In this document: positions 38,918-47,284 of the stretch, in pieces
Position numbering within the stretch: position 1 is the stretch's first letter
How the letters are laid out: each line of letters opens with the position of its first letter
Origin: Comamonadaceae bacterium
Lineage (GTDB): Bacteria > Pseudomonadota > Gammaproteobacteria > Burkholderiales > Burkholderiaceae_C
Reading direction: 5' to 3'
Assembly: GCA_037139995.1 (NCBI GenBank)
Contig: JBAXFI010000001.1
Span: 18,381 to 82,380 of the forward strand
DNA: 64,000 bases
Translations under genes and position numbers: made by a program
Notes under the pieces: model-generated
Told to the model about the DNA's origin: nothing
The model's database searches: none
The model's input: the letters and a program-made list of their open reading frames with translations, nothing else

Positions 38918-39469
38918 CTAAAGGCTCGCAGCGGAGCGCGCCGCCTGATCGTAAATGCCCGAGAGCAGGCGCAGCAGTCGCGCCAACTCGCCAATGTCGC
39001 GGTTCAGCGCATCGTCGGCGTTGAGCGCATTGATCAGACAGGATTCGCGGATCTCGCGATAACGCGCTACATAGCTGCGCCCCAGATCGGTCGCGGCGTA
39101 GGTCACCTCCTTGCCGCTTTTGCGGGATGCAACCACGGCCAAGTTCTGCAGCTTCTTGAGCGAGTAATTGATCAGGTGCGTGTCTTCCACGTTCATGATG
39201 AAACAGATGTCGGCCAGACGCTTGTCGCGCGCGCGGTGCGTCACGTGGTGCAACACCAGCACGTCCAGCGGTGTCAGGTCCTTCAGTCCGGCGCTGCTCA
39301 TGCAGTGCGCAATCCAGCGGTGAAAGGCGTTGCCGGCCACGATCAGGCCGAACTCGAATTCGCTCATCTCGGCACTGCGCGGCGACACCAGATGCGCCGA
39401 CGAGACGATGGGCGCTGCTTGCGCCACCCGCAGCGCATTCGATACCGGTAGCGCTGATTTTCTTGCCAT
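38918..39469 (-). CDS. MarR-type winged-helix regulator, divergent from the TRAP operon
   Basis: SEFEFGLIV, LADICFIMNVEDTHLINYSLKKL. Confidence 0.85.
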   Translation of the reverse strand: MARKSALPVSNALRVAQAAPIVSSAHLVSPRSAEMSEFEFGLIVAGNAFHRWIAHCMSSAGLKDLTPLDVLVLHHVTHRARDKRLADICFIMNVEDTHLINYSLKKLQNLAVVASRKSGKEVTYAATDLGRSYVARYREIRESCLINALNADDALNRDIGELARLLRLLSGIYDQAARSAASL

Positions 39470-39530
39470 GAACAAACTCCTGGTTGGCATCTTTGTTGCG
39501 TGAAACGGATTGTAGGCAGCACAACAACGA

Positions 39531-39552
39531 TTTATCGACATTTTGTTGACAT
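39531..39552. promoter_or_regulatory. 11-bp direct repeat (TTTATCGACAT/TTTGTTGACAT), candidate operator containing TTGACA
   Basis: Lies between the divergent regulator and dctP. Confidence 0.5.
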
Positions 39553-39647
39553 TTAGGGAAAACACCGAGGTCAAACGCGCTTAAGTCGACGCCGCATGCC
39601 TTACATTTAGGTACCCGCTTCGCCAACCAAATTCAACCGGAGTTTTT

Positions 39648-40634
39648 ATGAAACGTCGTCTGTTCGCATTGAGCACCACCGCCGCCGCCATCACCATCGC
39701 CCTGATGAGTGGCAGCGCATCCGCCCAAACCAGGTGGGATTTCCCAACCGCCTATCCGGCCAACAATTTCCACACAGAAAATATCGCGCAGTTTGCTGGC
39801 GACGTCGAAAAAGCCACTGGTGGCAAACTCAAGATCACGGTGCACGCCAATGCCTCGCTGTTCAAGGCAACCGAAATCAAACGCGCGGTGCAAGGTGGTC
39901 AAGCGCAGATCGGCGAAGTGCTGCTGGTGAACTTCGAAAATGAAAATCCGATTTATGGTGCCGACGGTATTCCGTTTCTGGCCACCAGTTTTGCTGACAG
40001 CTTCAAGCTGTATCAGGCACAAAAACCGATACTTGAGAAACTGCTGGGTGCCCAAGGCATCAAGTTGCTTTACACCGTGGCATGGCCACCGCAAGGCCTG
40101 TACGTGAAGAAGGAAATTTCTTCGGTCGCTGATATGCGCGGCGTCAAGTGGCGCGCCTACAGCCCGGCCACCTCAACTATCGCGTCCCTGATCGGCGCCC
40201 AGCCCGTCACGATCCAGGCCGCCGAAGTCAGCCAGGCTTTTGCCACGGGTGTCGTCGACAGCATGATGAGTTCAGGCTCCACCGGCTACGACAGCAAGAT
40301 CTATGAATCGGTCAAGTACTGGTATGACACGCAGGCCTGGCTGCCCAAGAACGCCATCCTCGTGAACCTGAAGGCCTTCAACGCGCTGGACCCTGCCACA
40401 CAGGCTGCCGTGACCAAAGCGGCCGCCGAGGCTGAGACCCGTGGCTGGAAACTCAGCGCCGAGAAGAACGAGTGGTACAAGACGGAACTCGCCAAGAAGG
40501 GCATGAAGATTCTGCCGCCCAGCGCCAAACTGGCATCTGATCTGAAACAGGTCGGCACCATCATGCTGGCCGACTGGGAAAAGAAGGCTGGCGCCGACGG
40601 CCAGACCGTGATCAGCGCTTTTCGCAAGAAATAA
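39648..40634 (+). CDS. dctP: TRAP transporter substrate-binding protein, probably for pyroglutamate
   Basis: Signal peptide; AYPANNFHTEN, WPPQGLY, KWRAYS; next to 5-oxoprolinase. Confidence 0.9.
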   Translation: MKRRLFALSTTAAAITIALMSGSASAQTRWDFPTAYPANNFHTENIAQFAGDVEKATGGKLKITVHANASLFKATEIKRAVQGGQAQIGEVLLVNFENENPIYGADGIPFLATSFADSFKLYQAQKPILEKLLGAQGIKLLYTVAWPPQGLYVKKEISSVADMRGVKWRAYSPATSTIASLIGAQPVTIQAAEVSQAFATGVVDSMMSSGSTGYDSKIYESVKYWYDTQAWLPKNAILVNLKAFNALDPATQAAVTKAAAEAETRGWKLSAEKNEWYKTELAKKGMKILPPSAKLASDLKQVGTIMLADWEKKAGADGQTVISAFRKK

Positions 40635-40646
40635 GTGCAATCCCCC

Positions 40647-41156
40647 ATGCGCAGCGCGCTGAACAAACTCTACGACGCTGCCGCCTGGGCTGCTGCGCTG
40701 ATGATGATCGGCACACTGCTCATGGTGGTGCTGGGTATGGTGGACCGCTACGTCACGATCAACTTTCGCGGCACCGACATGTACGCCGGCTACTGCATGG
40801 CCTCGGCCGGCTTTCTGGCCTTGGCGCATACGCTCAAGAAGAACGAACACATCCGGGTGACGCTGCTTATCAACTCGGTGCCGCCAGTTGCCAAGAGAGT
40901 GCTTGAGTTGTGGAGCCTGACAGCGGCGGTACTGCTGTCAGGTCTATTCTGCTTCTATGCGATCAAACTGTCCTACCAGTCCTGGGACTTTCATGACATC
41001 TCGACCGGCAACGACGCGACCCCCCTGTGGCTGCCGCAGATCGGCATGGCCGCTGGAGCCTTGGTTTTGCTGATCGCCTTTATCGACGAACTGGTGCTGG
41101 AGTGGCGCGGCGAGCGCGTCACACAAGACACCGAAGAAGCTTTGCACAACGAATAA
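40647..41156 (+). CDS. dctQ: TRAP transporter small permease
   Basis: Four TM segments, EHIRVTL, TPLWLPQ. Confidence 0.9.
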   Translation: MRSALNKLYDAAAWAAALMMIGTLLMVVLGMVDRYVTINFRGTDMYAGYCMASAGFLALAHTLKKNEHIRVTLLINSVPPVAKRVLELWSLTAAVLLSGLFCFYAIKLSYQSWDFHDISTGNDATPLWLPQIGMAAGALVLLIAFIDELVLEWRGERVTQDTEEALHNE

Positions 41157-41173
41157 GAACAGGCAGAAACTTC

Positions 41174-42469
41174 ATGAGTGAACTCGGTATTACCGCGCTG
41201 CTGATCGGCTCGCTGTTCCTGATTCTGGGCAGCGGCGTCTGGATTGGGCTGACGCTCACCGGCGTCGCCTGGATTGCCATGGAACTGTTCTCCAGCCGGC
41301 CAGCCGGTGAGGCGATGGCGCTGACAATCTGGGGCTCCTCAAGTAGCTGGACCCTGACGGCCCTGCCGCTGTTCATCTGGATGGGCGAAATCCTGTTCCG
41401 CACCAAACTCAGCGAGAGCATGTTCAAGGGCCTGGCGCCCTGGGTCAACTGGCTGCCGGGCCGTCTGCTGCACACCAATGTGATTGGTTGCACAATTTTT
41501 GCCGCCGTCTCAGGCTCCAGCGCCGCCACCTGCGCCACCATTGGCAAGATGACACTGCCGGAGCTGACGCGCCGTGGTTACCCACAGGATCAGATCATTG
41601 GCTCGCTGGCCGGCGCCGGCACGCTGGGTCTGCTGATCCCGCCCTCCATCATCATGATCGTTTACGGCGTCAGTGCCGAGGTCTCGATCTCGCAACTGTT
41701 TGTCGCTGGTATTTTGCCGGGCCTGCTGCTGGCCTCCTTGTTCAGCGGTTACATCATCTTCTGGTCGCTGCGTCATCCGGACAAGATTCCGCCCACCACC
41801 GAAACCTTCACCATGGCGCAAAGGCTTTACGAGTCACGGCATCTGATCCCCGTGGTCGGCCTGATCAGCGCCGTGCTGGGCAGTATTTACGCCGGTGTTG
41901 CGACTGCCACCGAAGCCGCTGCGGTGGGCGTCCTCGGGTCCTTTGCGCTTTCGGCACTGCAGGGGTCATTGAGTTGGTCCAACTTCAAGGAAGCGCTGAT
42001 GGGCGCCACGCGCCTGTACTGCATGATCGCGCTGATCCTGGCGGGCGCTGCTTTCCTGACGCTCAGCATGGGCTACATCGGCTTACCACGGCATTTGGCC
42101 GAGTATGTTTCGTCGCTCGGCTTGAGTCCCTTTATGCTGATCCTGGCGCTGACGGTGTTCTACGCCATTCTGGGCTGTTTTCTGGACGGCATCTCGATGG
42201 TGGTGCTGACCATGGGCGTGTTGCTGCCTACCGTGCAGGCAGCCAACATTGACACGCTATGGTTCGGCATCTTCATCGTGATCGTGGTCGAGATGGCGCA
42301 GATCACGCCGCCCGTGGGCTTCAACCTGTTTGTGCTGCAAGGCATGACCAAGAAGGAAATCACCTACATCGCCCGCGTGACCCTGCCCTTCTTCTTCCTG
42401 ATGTGCGTGATGGTGCTGCTGCTCTGGTTTTTTCCACAGATGGCAACCTGGCTGCCAAGCAAGATGTAG
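41174..42469 (+). CDS. dctM: TRAP transporter large permease
   Basis: FAAVSGSSAAT, GTLGLLIPPS, ITPPVGFNLF. Confidence 0.93.
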   Translation: MSELGITALLIGSLFLILGSGVWIGLTLTGVAWIAMELFSSRPAGEAMALTIWGSSSSWTLTALPLFIWMGEILFRTKLSESMFKGLAPWVNWLPGRLLHTNVIGCTIFAAVSGSSAATCATIGKMTLPELTRRGYPQDQIIGSLAGAGTLGLLIPPSIIMIVYGVSAEVSISQLFVAGILPGLLLASLFSGYIIFWSLRHPDKIPPTTETFTMAQRLYESRHLIPVVGLISAVLGSIYAGVATATEAAAVGVLGSFALSALQGSLSWSNFKEALMGATRLYCMIALILAGAAFLTLSMGYIGLPRHLAEYVSSLGLSPFMLILALTVFYAILGCFLDGISMVVLTMGVLLPTVQAANIDTLWFGIFIVIVVEMAQITPPVGFNLFVLQGMTKKEITYIARVTLPFFFLMCVMVLLLWFFPQMATWLPSKM

Positions 42470-42502
42470 CCAGGCAATGGTCGCCGTTATGATGGCGCCA
42501 TC

Positions 42503-42886
42503 ATGATTTCCGTCTTTGCCATTTGCCTCGGCGCCAGCCTCGGCGCGCTGCTGCGCTGGGGTCTCGGGCTCTGGCTCAACCCCGGCGCCGTCATACCGCT
42601 AGGCACGCTTGCTGCCAATCTGATTGGCGGCTATCTGGTGGGTGTTTGCGTCGCCGTATTTCAGGGCCTGCCCGATCTGGATCCGGTCTGGCGTCTGGCG
42701 CTGGTGACCGGATTTCTGGGCGCGCTCACCACCTTCTCCAGTTTTTCGGCCGAAGTGGTTGGCATGCTGGGGCAGCAACGCTACGCCCTGGCCTTCGGCA
42801 CCGCCGCGCTGCATCTGTTTGGCTCGCTGCTGCTGACGGTGGCGGGGATTCAGAGCGTGACGCTGTTTGCGGCGTCACGATCGTGA
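42503..42886 (+). CDS. crcB: Fluoride channel Fluc/CrcB
   Basis: GALLRW, GTLAANLIG, GFLGALTTFSSF. Confidence 0.94.
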   Translation: MISVFAICLGASLGALLRWGLGLWLNPGAVIPLGTLAANLIGGYLVGVCVAVFQGLPDLDPVWRLALVTGFLGALTTFSSFSAEVVGMLGQQRYALAFGTAALHLFGSLLLTVAGIQSVTLFAASRS

Positions 42887-42887
42887 C

Positions 42888-44396
42888 TTACAACTCGAAT
42901 CGAATCCCCTGCGCCAGCGGCAGCGTGCTGCCGTAGTTGATGGTGTTGGTGGCCCGGCGCATATAGGCTTTCCAGGCGTCGGAGCCGGATTCACGGCCAC
43001 CGCCGGTTTCCTTCTCGCCGCCAAAAGCGCCACCGATCTCAGCACCACTGGTGCCGATGTTGACGTTGGCTATACCGCAGTCGGAGCCGCGTGCTGAGGT
43101 AAAGATTTCTGCCTCGCGCAGGTCCTGCGTAAAGACCGCAGACGACAAGCCGTGGCTGACCGCGTTGTTGATCGCGATGGCCTCATCAAAACTGTCGTAG
43201 GGCACCACGTACAGAATCGGTGCAAAGGTTTCCTGCAACATCGGCCCGGTCTGCGTGGCCAACTCAACGATGGCCGGGCGCACGTAGAACGCCGCTGTAT
43301 TTCCCACCGTGACACGTGCACCAAAGTGCACCGTCGCACCGGCCTGGCGTGCACGATCCAGCGCCTGTTGCATGGCCTCAAAGGCGCGCTGGTCAATCAA
43401 GGGCCCCACCAGCGTGCCAGCGGCCAGCGGATCACCGACAGGAAGGCGCTCGAAGACACGTACCAGGGCCGCCACCAACTCCGCGTAGATCGAGCGGTGC
43501 ACGATCAGGCGGCGCAAGCTTGTGCAGCGCTGTCCGGCGGTTCCCGCCGCTGAGAATGCCACACCTCGGACCACCAGTTCCAGATTGGCCGAGGGGCAGA
43601 CTATTGCCGCGTTGTTGCCACCGAGTTCCAGCAGCGATCGCTTGAACAGCGCGGCGCAGGCCACACCAACGGCGCGCCCCATGGCGGTGGAACCAGTGGC
43701 ACTGACCAGTTTCACCGCCGGATGCGAGACCAGCGCCTCGCCCACGGCGCGCTCGCCAATAAGCAGTTCGGCCAGACCAAGCGGATCGATCCCCTGCTCG
43801 CTCGCGGTTTTGAGCAGCAAGCCTGAGAGCGCCAGCGCAGACAAAGGCGCTTTCTCCGACGGCTTCCAGACCAGCGTGTTGCCACAGACCAGCGCCAGCG
43901 CCGCATTCCAGGCATAGACCGCCATCGGAAAATTGAAGGCCGAGATGATGCCAACCACACCCAGCGGATGCCAGGTCTCCAGCAACTTGTGCTCGGGCCG
44001 CTCACTGGCAATGCTCAGACCGTAAAGCTGGCGCGACAGGCCCACGGCAAACTCGCAGATGTCCACCACTTCCTGCACCTCACCGAGCCCCTCCTGCACG
44101 ATCTTGCCGGTCTCCAGCGAGATCAAGCGCCCCAGTGGCTCCTTGTGGCGACGCACCGCTTCGCCAAAGGCACGCACCAGCTCACCACGCTTGGGCGCCG
44201 GCACCTCGCGCCAGCTCAGGCTGCGTGCCTGCGCGCGCGCGATGGCAGCGCCAACCTGCGCCTCGCTGCTGATCGCCACCCGCGCCAGGGGACTGCCATC
44301 GATCGGCGTGCGGACCTCCAGGCCGTCCGCGCTGTCAGGCGGTGGAGGCAGGCCCAGGGTCTTGAAGAGGTTTTGCACATCAGTGCCATGCGACAT
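42888..44396 (-). CDS. Aldehyde dehydrogenase, family 7 (antiquitin/P6C dehydrogenase-like)
   Basis: SAFNFP, WKPSEK, TGST, LELGGNNA, GQRCT, GAEIGGAFGGEKETGGGRESGSDAWK. Confidence 0.9.
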   Translation of the reverse strand: MSHGTDVQNLFKTLGLPPPPDSADGLEVRTPIDGSPLARVAISSEAQVGAAIARAQARSLSWREVPAPKRGELVRAFGEAVRRHKEPLGRLISLETGKIVQEGLGEVQEVVDICEFAVGLSRQLYGLSIASERPEHKLLETWHPLGVVGIISAFNFPMAVYAWNAALALVCGNTLVWKPSEKAPLSALALSGLLLKTASEQGIDPLGLAELLIGERAVGEALVSHPAVKLVSATGSTAMGRAVGVACAALFKRSLLELGGNNAAIVCPSANLELVVRGVAFSAAGTAGQRCTSLRRLIVHRSIYAELVAALVRVFERLPVGDPLAAGTLVGPLIDQRAFEAMQQALDRARQAGATVHFGARVTVGNTAAFYVRPAIVELATQTGPMLQETFAPILYVVPYDSFDEAIAINNAVSHGLSSAVFTQDLREAEIFTSARGSDCGIANVNIGTSGAEIGGAFGGEKETGGGRESGSDAWKAYMRRATNTINYGSTLPLAQGIRFEL

Positions 44397-44440
44397 AGTG
44401 ACTTCCAATCAAGAACCGGCGCTGGATGACGCCAAAGCCT

Positions 44441-47284
44441 TTACGCAAACCCGTGCGCGACCCTGCTCTCCTGCTCCTGCACCTTGAACTGATTGAAGCG
44501 CGGCAGGAACTTGTCCCAGTCGATGATGTGGCTGTCGAGTTCGGGGCCGTCAACACAGGCGTGCTTGCGCACCATCTTGCCGGCAATCGTTACCGGCACC
44601 ATGCAGGCGCCGCACATGCCGGTGGCGTCCACCATGATCGAGTTCAGGCTGGCCACGGTTTTCACACCGTATGGCTTGGTCAAATCGCTCACGGCACGCA
44701 TCATCAGCGGCGGGCCGATGGTGACCACTTCGGCTATTCTGCGGCCCTTGCTCGTCATGTTGTCCTTCAGCATGGCTTCCAGCGGCGTCGTGACAAAACC
44801 CTTCTCGCCAAAGCTGCCATCGTTGCTGGTGTAGATGACGTCAAGCTGATCGCCGAACTCGGCTTTCAGTGCCGCAACGCGCTCTCCGTCCTTGACCCAG
44901 AACAGCAGATCGGAATTGCGGAAACCCGCAATCAGCGTCACGTGGTTGCCCAGGCGCAGATGCGCACGCATGATGGGGTAGACCGGCGGCAAGCCCAGAC
45001 CACCCGCAGTGAAGACCACCGTCTGCTGGCCTTCATAGCGATGCAGCGCGCTGGGCAGGCCCAGTGGCCCGGCGATACCGGTAAACGAGTCACCGACCGC
45101 CATCTTGTTGATGGCAATGCTGCTGCTGCCCATGGCTTGCACCACCAGGCAGATCGTGCCCTTGCTGGCGTCCCAGTCAGCCAGTGTGAGCGGAATCAGT
45201 TCGCCCTTTTCCCAAGGCAAGACCCGCACAAACTGTCCGGCTTGGGCTGACTTGGCGACCAGCGGCGAGTGAACGATGAACTCGACGATGCCATCGGCCA
45301 GTTCGATTTTTTCCAGAATGGTCTGCGGCGCGGCACCCAGACCGGTGTAGTACTGCGCACCGCGGACCATGGTGCGAATCTCGCTCGCGGTCAGGTTGAT
45401 GTCACCGACAATTTCACGTGCTGCTGCCTGGCCGTCACCAGCCGCGCGAATGGCGGTAGAACCACCGCGAGTCGCATCGCCGCCAGAGTAGACGCCTGCC
45501 AGCGAGGTTTGCTGCGAGCCGTCCGGCACATCGATCGTGCCCCACTTGGTGGTCTTGAGGCTCGGTTCCGATTCGCGGATGATGGGGTTCGGTGTGTTGC
45601 CCAGCGCCATGATGACCAGGTCTACTTCCATGGACTCGATCTTGCCGGTGCTCACCGGGCTGCGCCGGCCACTGGCGTCGGGTTCGCCCAGAGCGATCAC
45701 GTCGAGCTGCGCATGCGTCACAAAGTGGGTCTTGTCGTCACCCAGAAACTCATTGGGGGCGCGCAACTCCATCAGCTTGATGCCTTCTTCCAGCGCATGA
45801 TGCAGCTCTTCCACGCGCACCGGCATTTCGGATTGCGTGCGACGGTAAACAATCGTCACATCGCCGCCGAGCCGGCGCGAGGTACGGGCCGCGTCCATCG
45901 CCGTGTTGCCACCACCAATCACAATGACGCGCTTGCCACGGGTCTCGGGCAGCGGCGTTTCGTAGTCCTTGTGCAGGCCCTGCATCAGGTTCACCCGGGT
46001 CAGGAACTCGTTGGCCGACATGACGTTAAGCAGGTGCTCGCCCGCCACGTTCATGAAGCGCGGCAAACCGGCGCCGGTGCCGATAAAAACTTTCCAGAAG
46101 CCGGCCTTCTTCAGGTCTTCGATGGTGGCGGTCTTGCCGACCACAAAGTTGGCAACAAACTTGCCACCCAGCAGCTTGATCTTGCCAACCACATCGTCGA
46201 TCAATTCATTGGGCAGCCGGAACTCGGGGATGCCGTAACGCAGCACACCACCGAGCGCATGAAAGGCTTCAAACACCGTTACCGGGAAGCCCTCGGAGGC
46301 CAGCAGATAGGCGTTGATCAGACCCGCGGGCCCGGAGCCCACCACCGCCACTGGCGGCTTGTCGGCCTTGGCCCAGGGGTCGGGAAAGTTGGCAAAGCGC
46401 GCCGCAATACCTTCGGCATTAACCATTTTTTCGCGCTGCGGCAGATACCATTCGATCTGGCCGATCTCGATCGGCAACTTCTTGTGCTTGCAGACACCCT
46501 GGCACTGCAATTCCTGCGGGCAGACGCGCCCTGTCACATTGGGCAGTGGATTGCAGTTTTCGATCAGTTCCATCGCCTCGCGAAAACGCCCGGTACCCAG
46601 CAACTCCAGCATTTCCGGTATATGAATCTTGACCGGGCAACCGCCCTTGGGTTCGAACTTGCCTGCCACGTGAACGCCGACTTCGCAGGGTTTGTCCTTG
46701 CACTGCTTGTCGCGCAGCGCCTCCAGCCAGACAAACATCTCGACCTCGCGCCCGCTGTAGCCCAGATTCATGTAACCCAGATAGCCCTGGTTGACCAGAC
46801 CGAAGTCATGTGAGCGTTCCTCGGCATCGCGCATATAGGGCGGAATGGAGCGCTCCACCGGCCAGTTGAACGACAGGCCCTTGAACATCGGATAGCGCTC
46901 CGACAGATGGAGTTCAATGGCGCGTATGAACTTGCGCTTGAGCCGCAGCGGCACGTTCCAGACAAAGCGCATCAAGACCTTGCTGGCGTCGTCGTCGCGC
47001 AGCAGCAGGCCCCACATGGTGCGGATGAACTCCGCACTGAGCTCTTCCTGCTGAAACTCCCACACCATGGCGTTGGTGCCGTCGGCAATGAACATATCGC
47101 GAAAGGCCTGCGGCTCGCTCAGCAGGCGTCGGCGCAACAGGTTGAGCTGCTGGTGGAAGTTCTCGACTTCCGGCGTTTGCTCGAGCGCGTCAAGCTGCGA
47201 GCGTGTGCTCGCTATCGTGCTGCTGGCCTGCAGGTAGCGCTGCAGATCCTCACCACTGCGGGGGGACAGGTTTTCGCTGCTCAT
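44441..47284 (-). CDS. Single-chain Nfn/Sud-type oxidoreductase: unknown N-terminal domain + NfnB/SudA(GltD-like) + NfnA/SudB
   Basis: GRVCPQELQC, GSGPAG, YGIPEFRLP, GGGNTAMD, YRRT, GGD..RGGSTAI; then AQAGQFVRV, IPLTLAD, GPLG, GGLGLPP, GPPLMM, MVDATGMCGAC..CVDGPE; ATGA overlap with PFOR. Confidence 0.88.
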   Translation of the reverse strand: MSSENLSPRSGEDLQRYLQASSTIASTRSQLDALEQTPEVENFHQQLNLLRRRLLSEPQAFRDMFIADGTNAMVWEFQQEELSAEFIRTMWGLLLRDDDASKVLMRFVWNVPLRLKRKFIRAIELHLSERYPMFKGLSFNWPVERSIPPYMRDAEERSHDFGLVNQGYLGYMNLGYSGREVEMFVWLEALRDKQCKDKPCEVGVHVAGKFEPKGGCPVKIHIPEMLELLGTGRFREAMELIENCNPLPNVTGRVCPQELQCQGVCKHKKLPIEIGQIEWYLPQREKMVNAEGIAARFANFPDPWAKADKPPVAVVGSGPAGLINAYLLASEGFPVTVFEAFHALGGVLRYGIPEFRLPNELIDDVVGKIKLLGGKFVANFVVGKTATIEDLKKAGFWKVFIGTGAGLPRFMNVAGEHLLNVMSANEFLTRVNLMQGLHKDYETPLPETRGKRVIVIGGGNTAMDAARTSRRLGGDVTIVYRRTQSEMPVRVEELHHALEEGIKLMELRAPNEFLGDDKTHFVTHAQLDVIALGEPDASGRRSPVSTGKIESMEVDLVIMALGNTPNPIIRESEPSLKTTKWGTIDVPDGSQQTSLAGVYSGGDATRGGSTAIRAAGDGQAAAREIVGDINLTASEIRTMVRGAQYYTGLGAAPQTILEKIELADGIVEFIVHSPLVAKSAQAGQFVRVLPWEKGELIPLTLADWDASKGTICLVVQAMGSSSIAINKMAVGDSFTGIAGPLGLPSALHRYEGQQTVVFTAGGLGLPPVYPIMRAHLRLGNHVTLIAGFRNSDLLFWVKDGERVAALKAEFGDQLDVIYTSNDGSFGEKGFVTTPLEAMLKDNMTSKGRRIAEVVTIGPPLMMRAVSDLTKPYGVKTVASLNSIMVDATGMCGACMVPVTIAGKMVRKHACVDGPELDSHIIDWDKFLPRFNQFKVQEQESRVAHGFA

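Noticed and set aside
42471-42502. Fluoride riboswitch-like words (GGCAATGG..TCGCC..TGATG) upstream of crcB
   Set aside because: The gap is only 33 nt, the pseudoknot strand and second stem are missing, and the sequence is better explained as a TATGAT -10 element. An Rfam crcB covariance search would settle it.
44441-47284. Calling this gene glutamate synthase gltD or dihydroorotate dehydrogenase pyrK
   Set aside because: There is no gltB or pyrD neighbour. Both halves together match NfnB+NfnA/SudAB and are coupled to PFOR.
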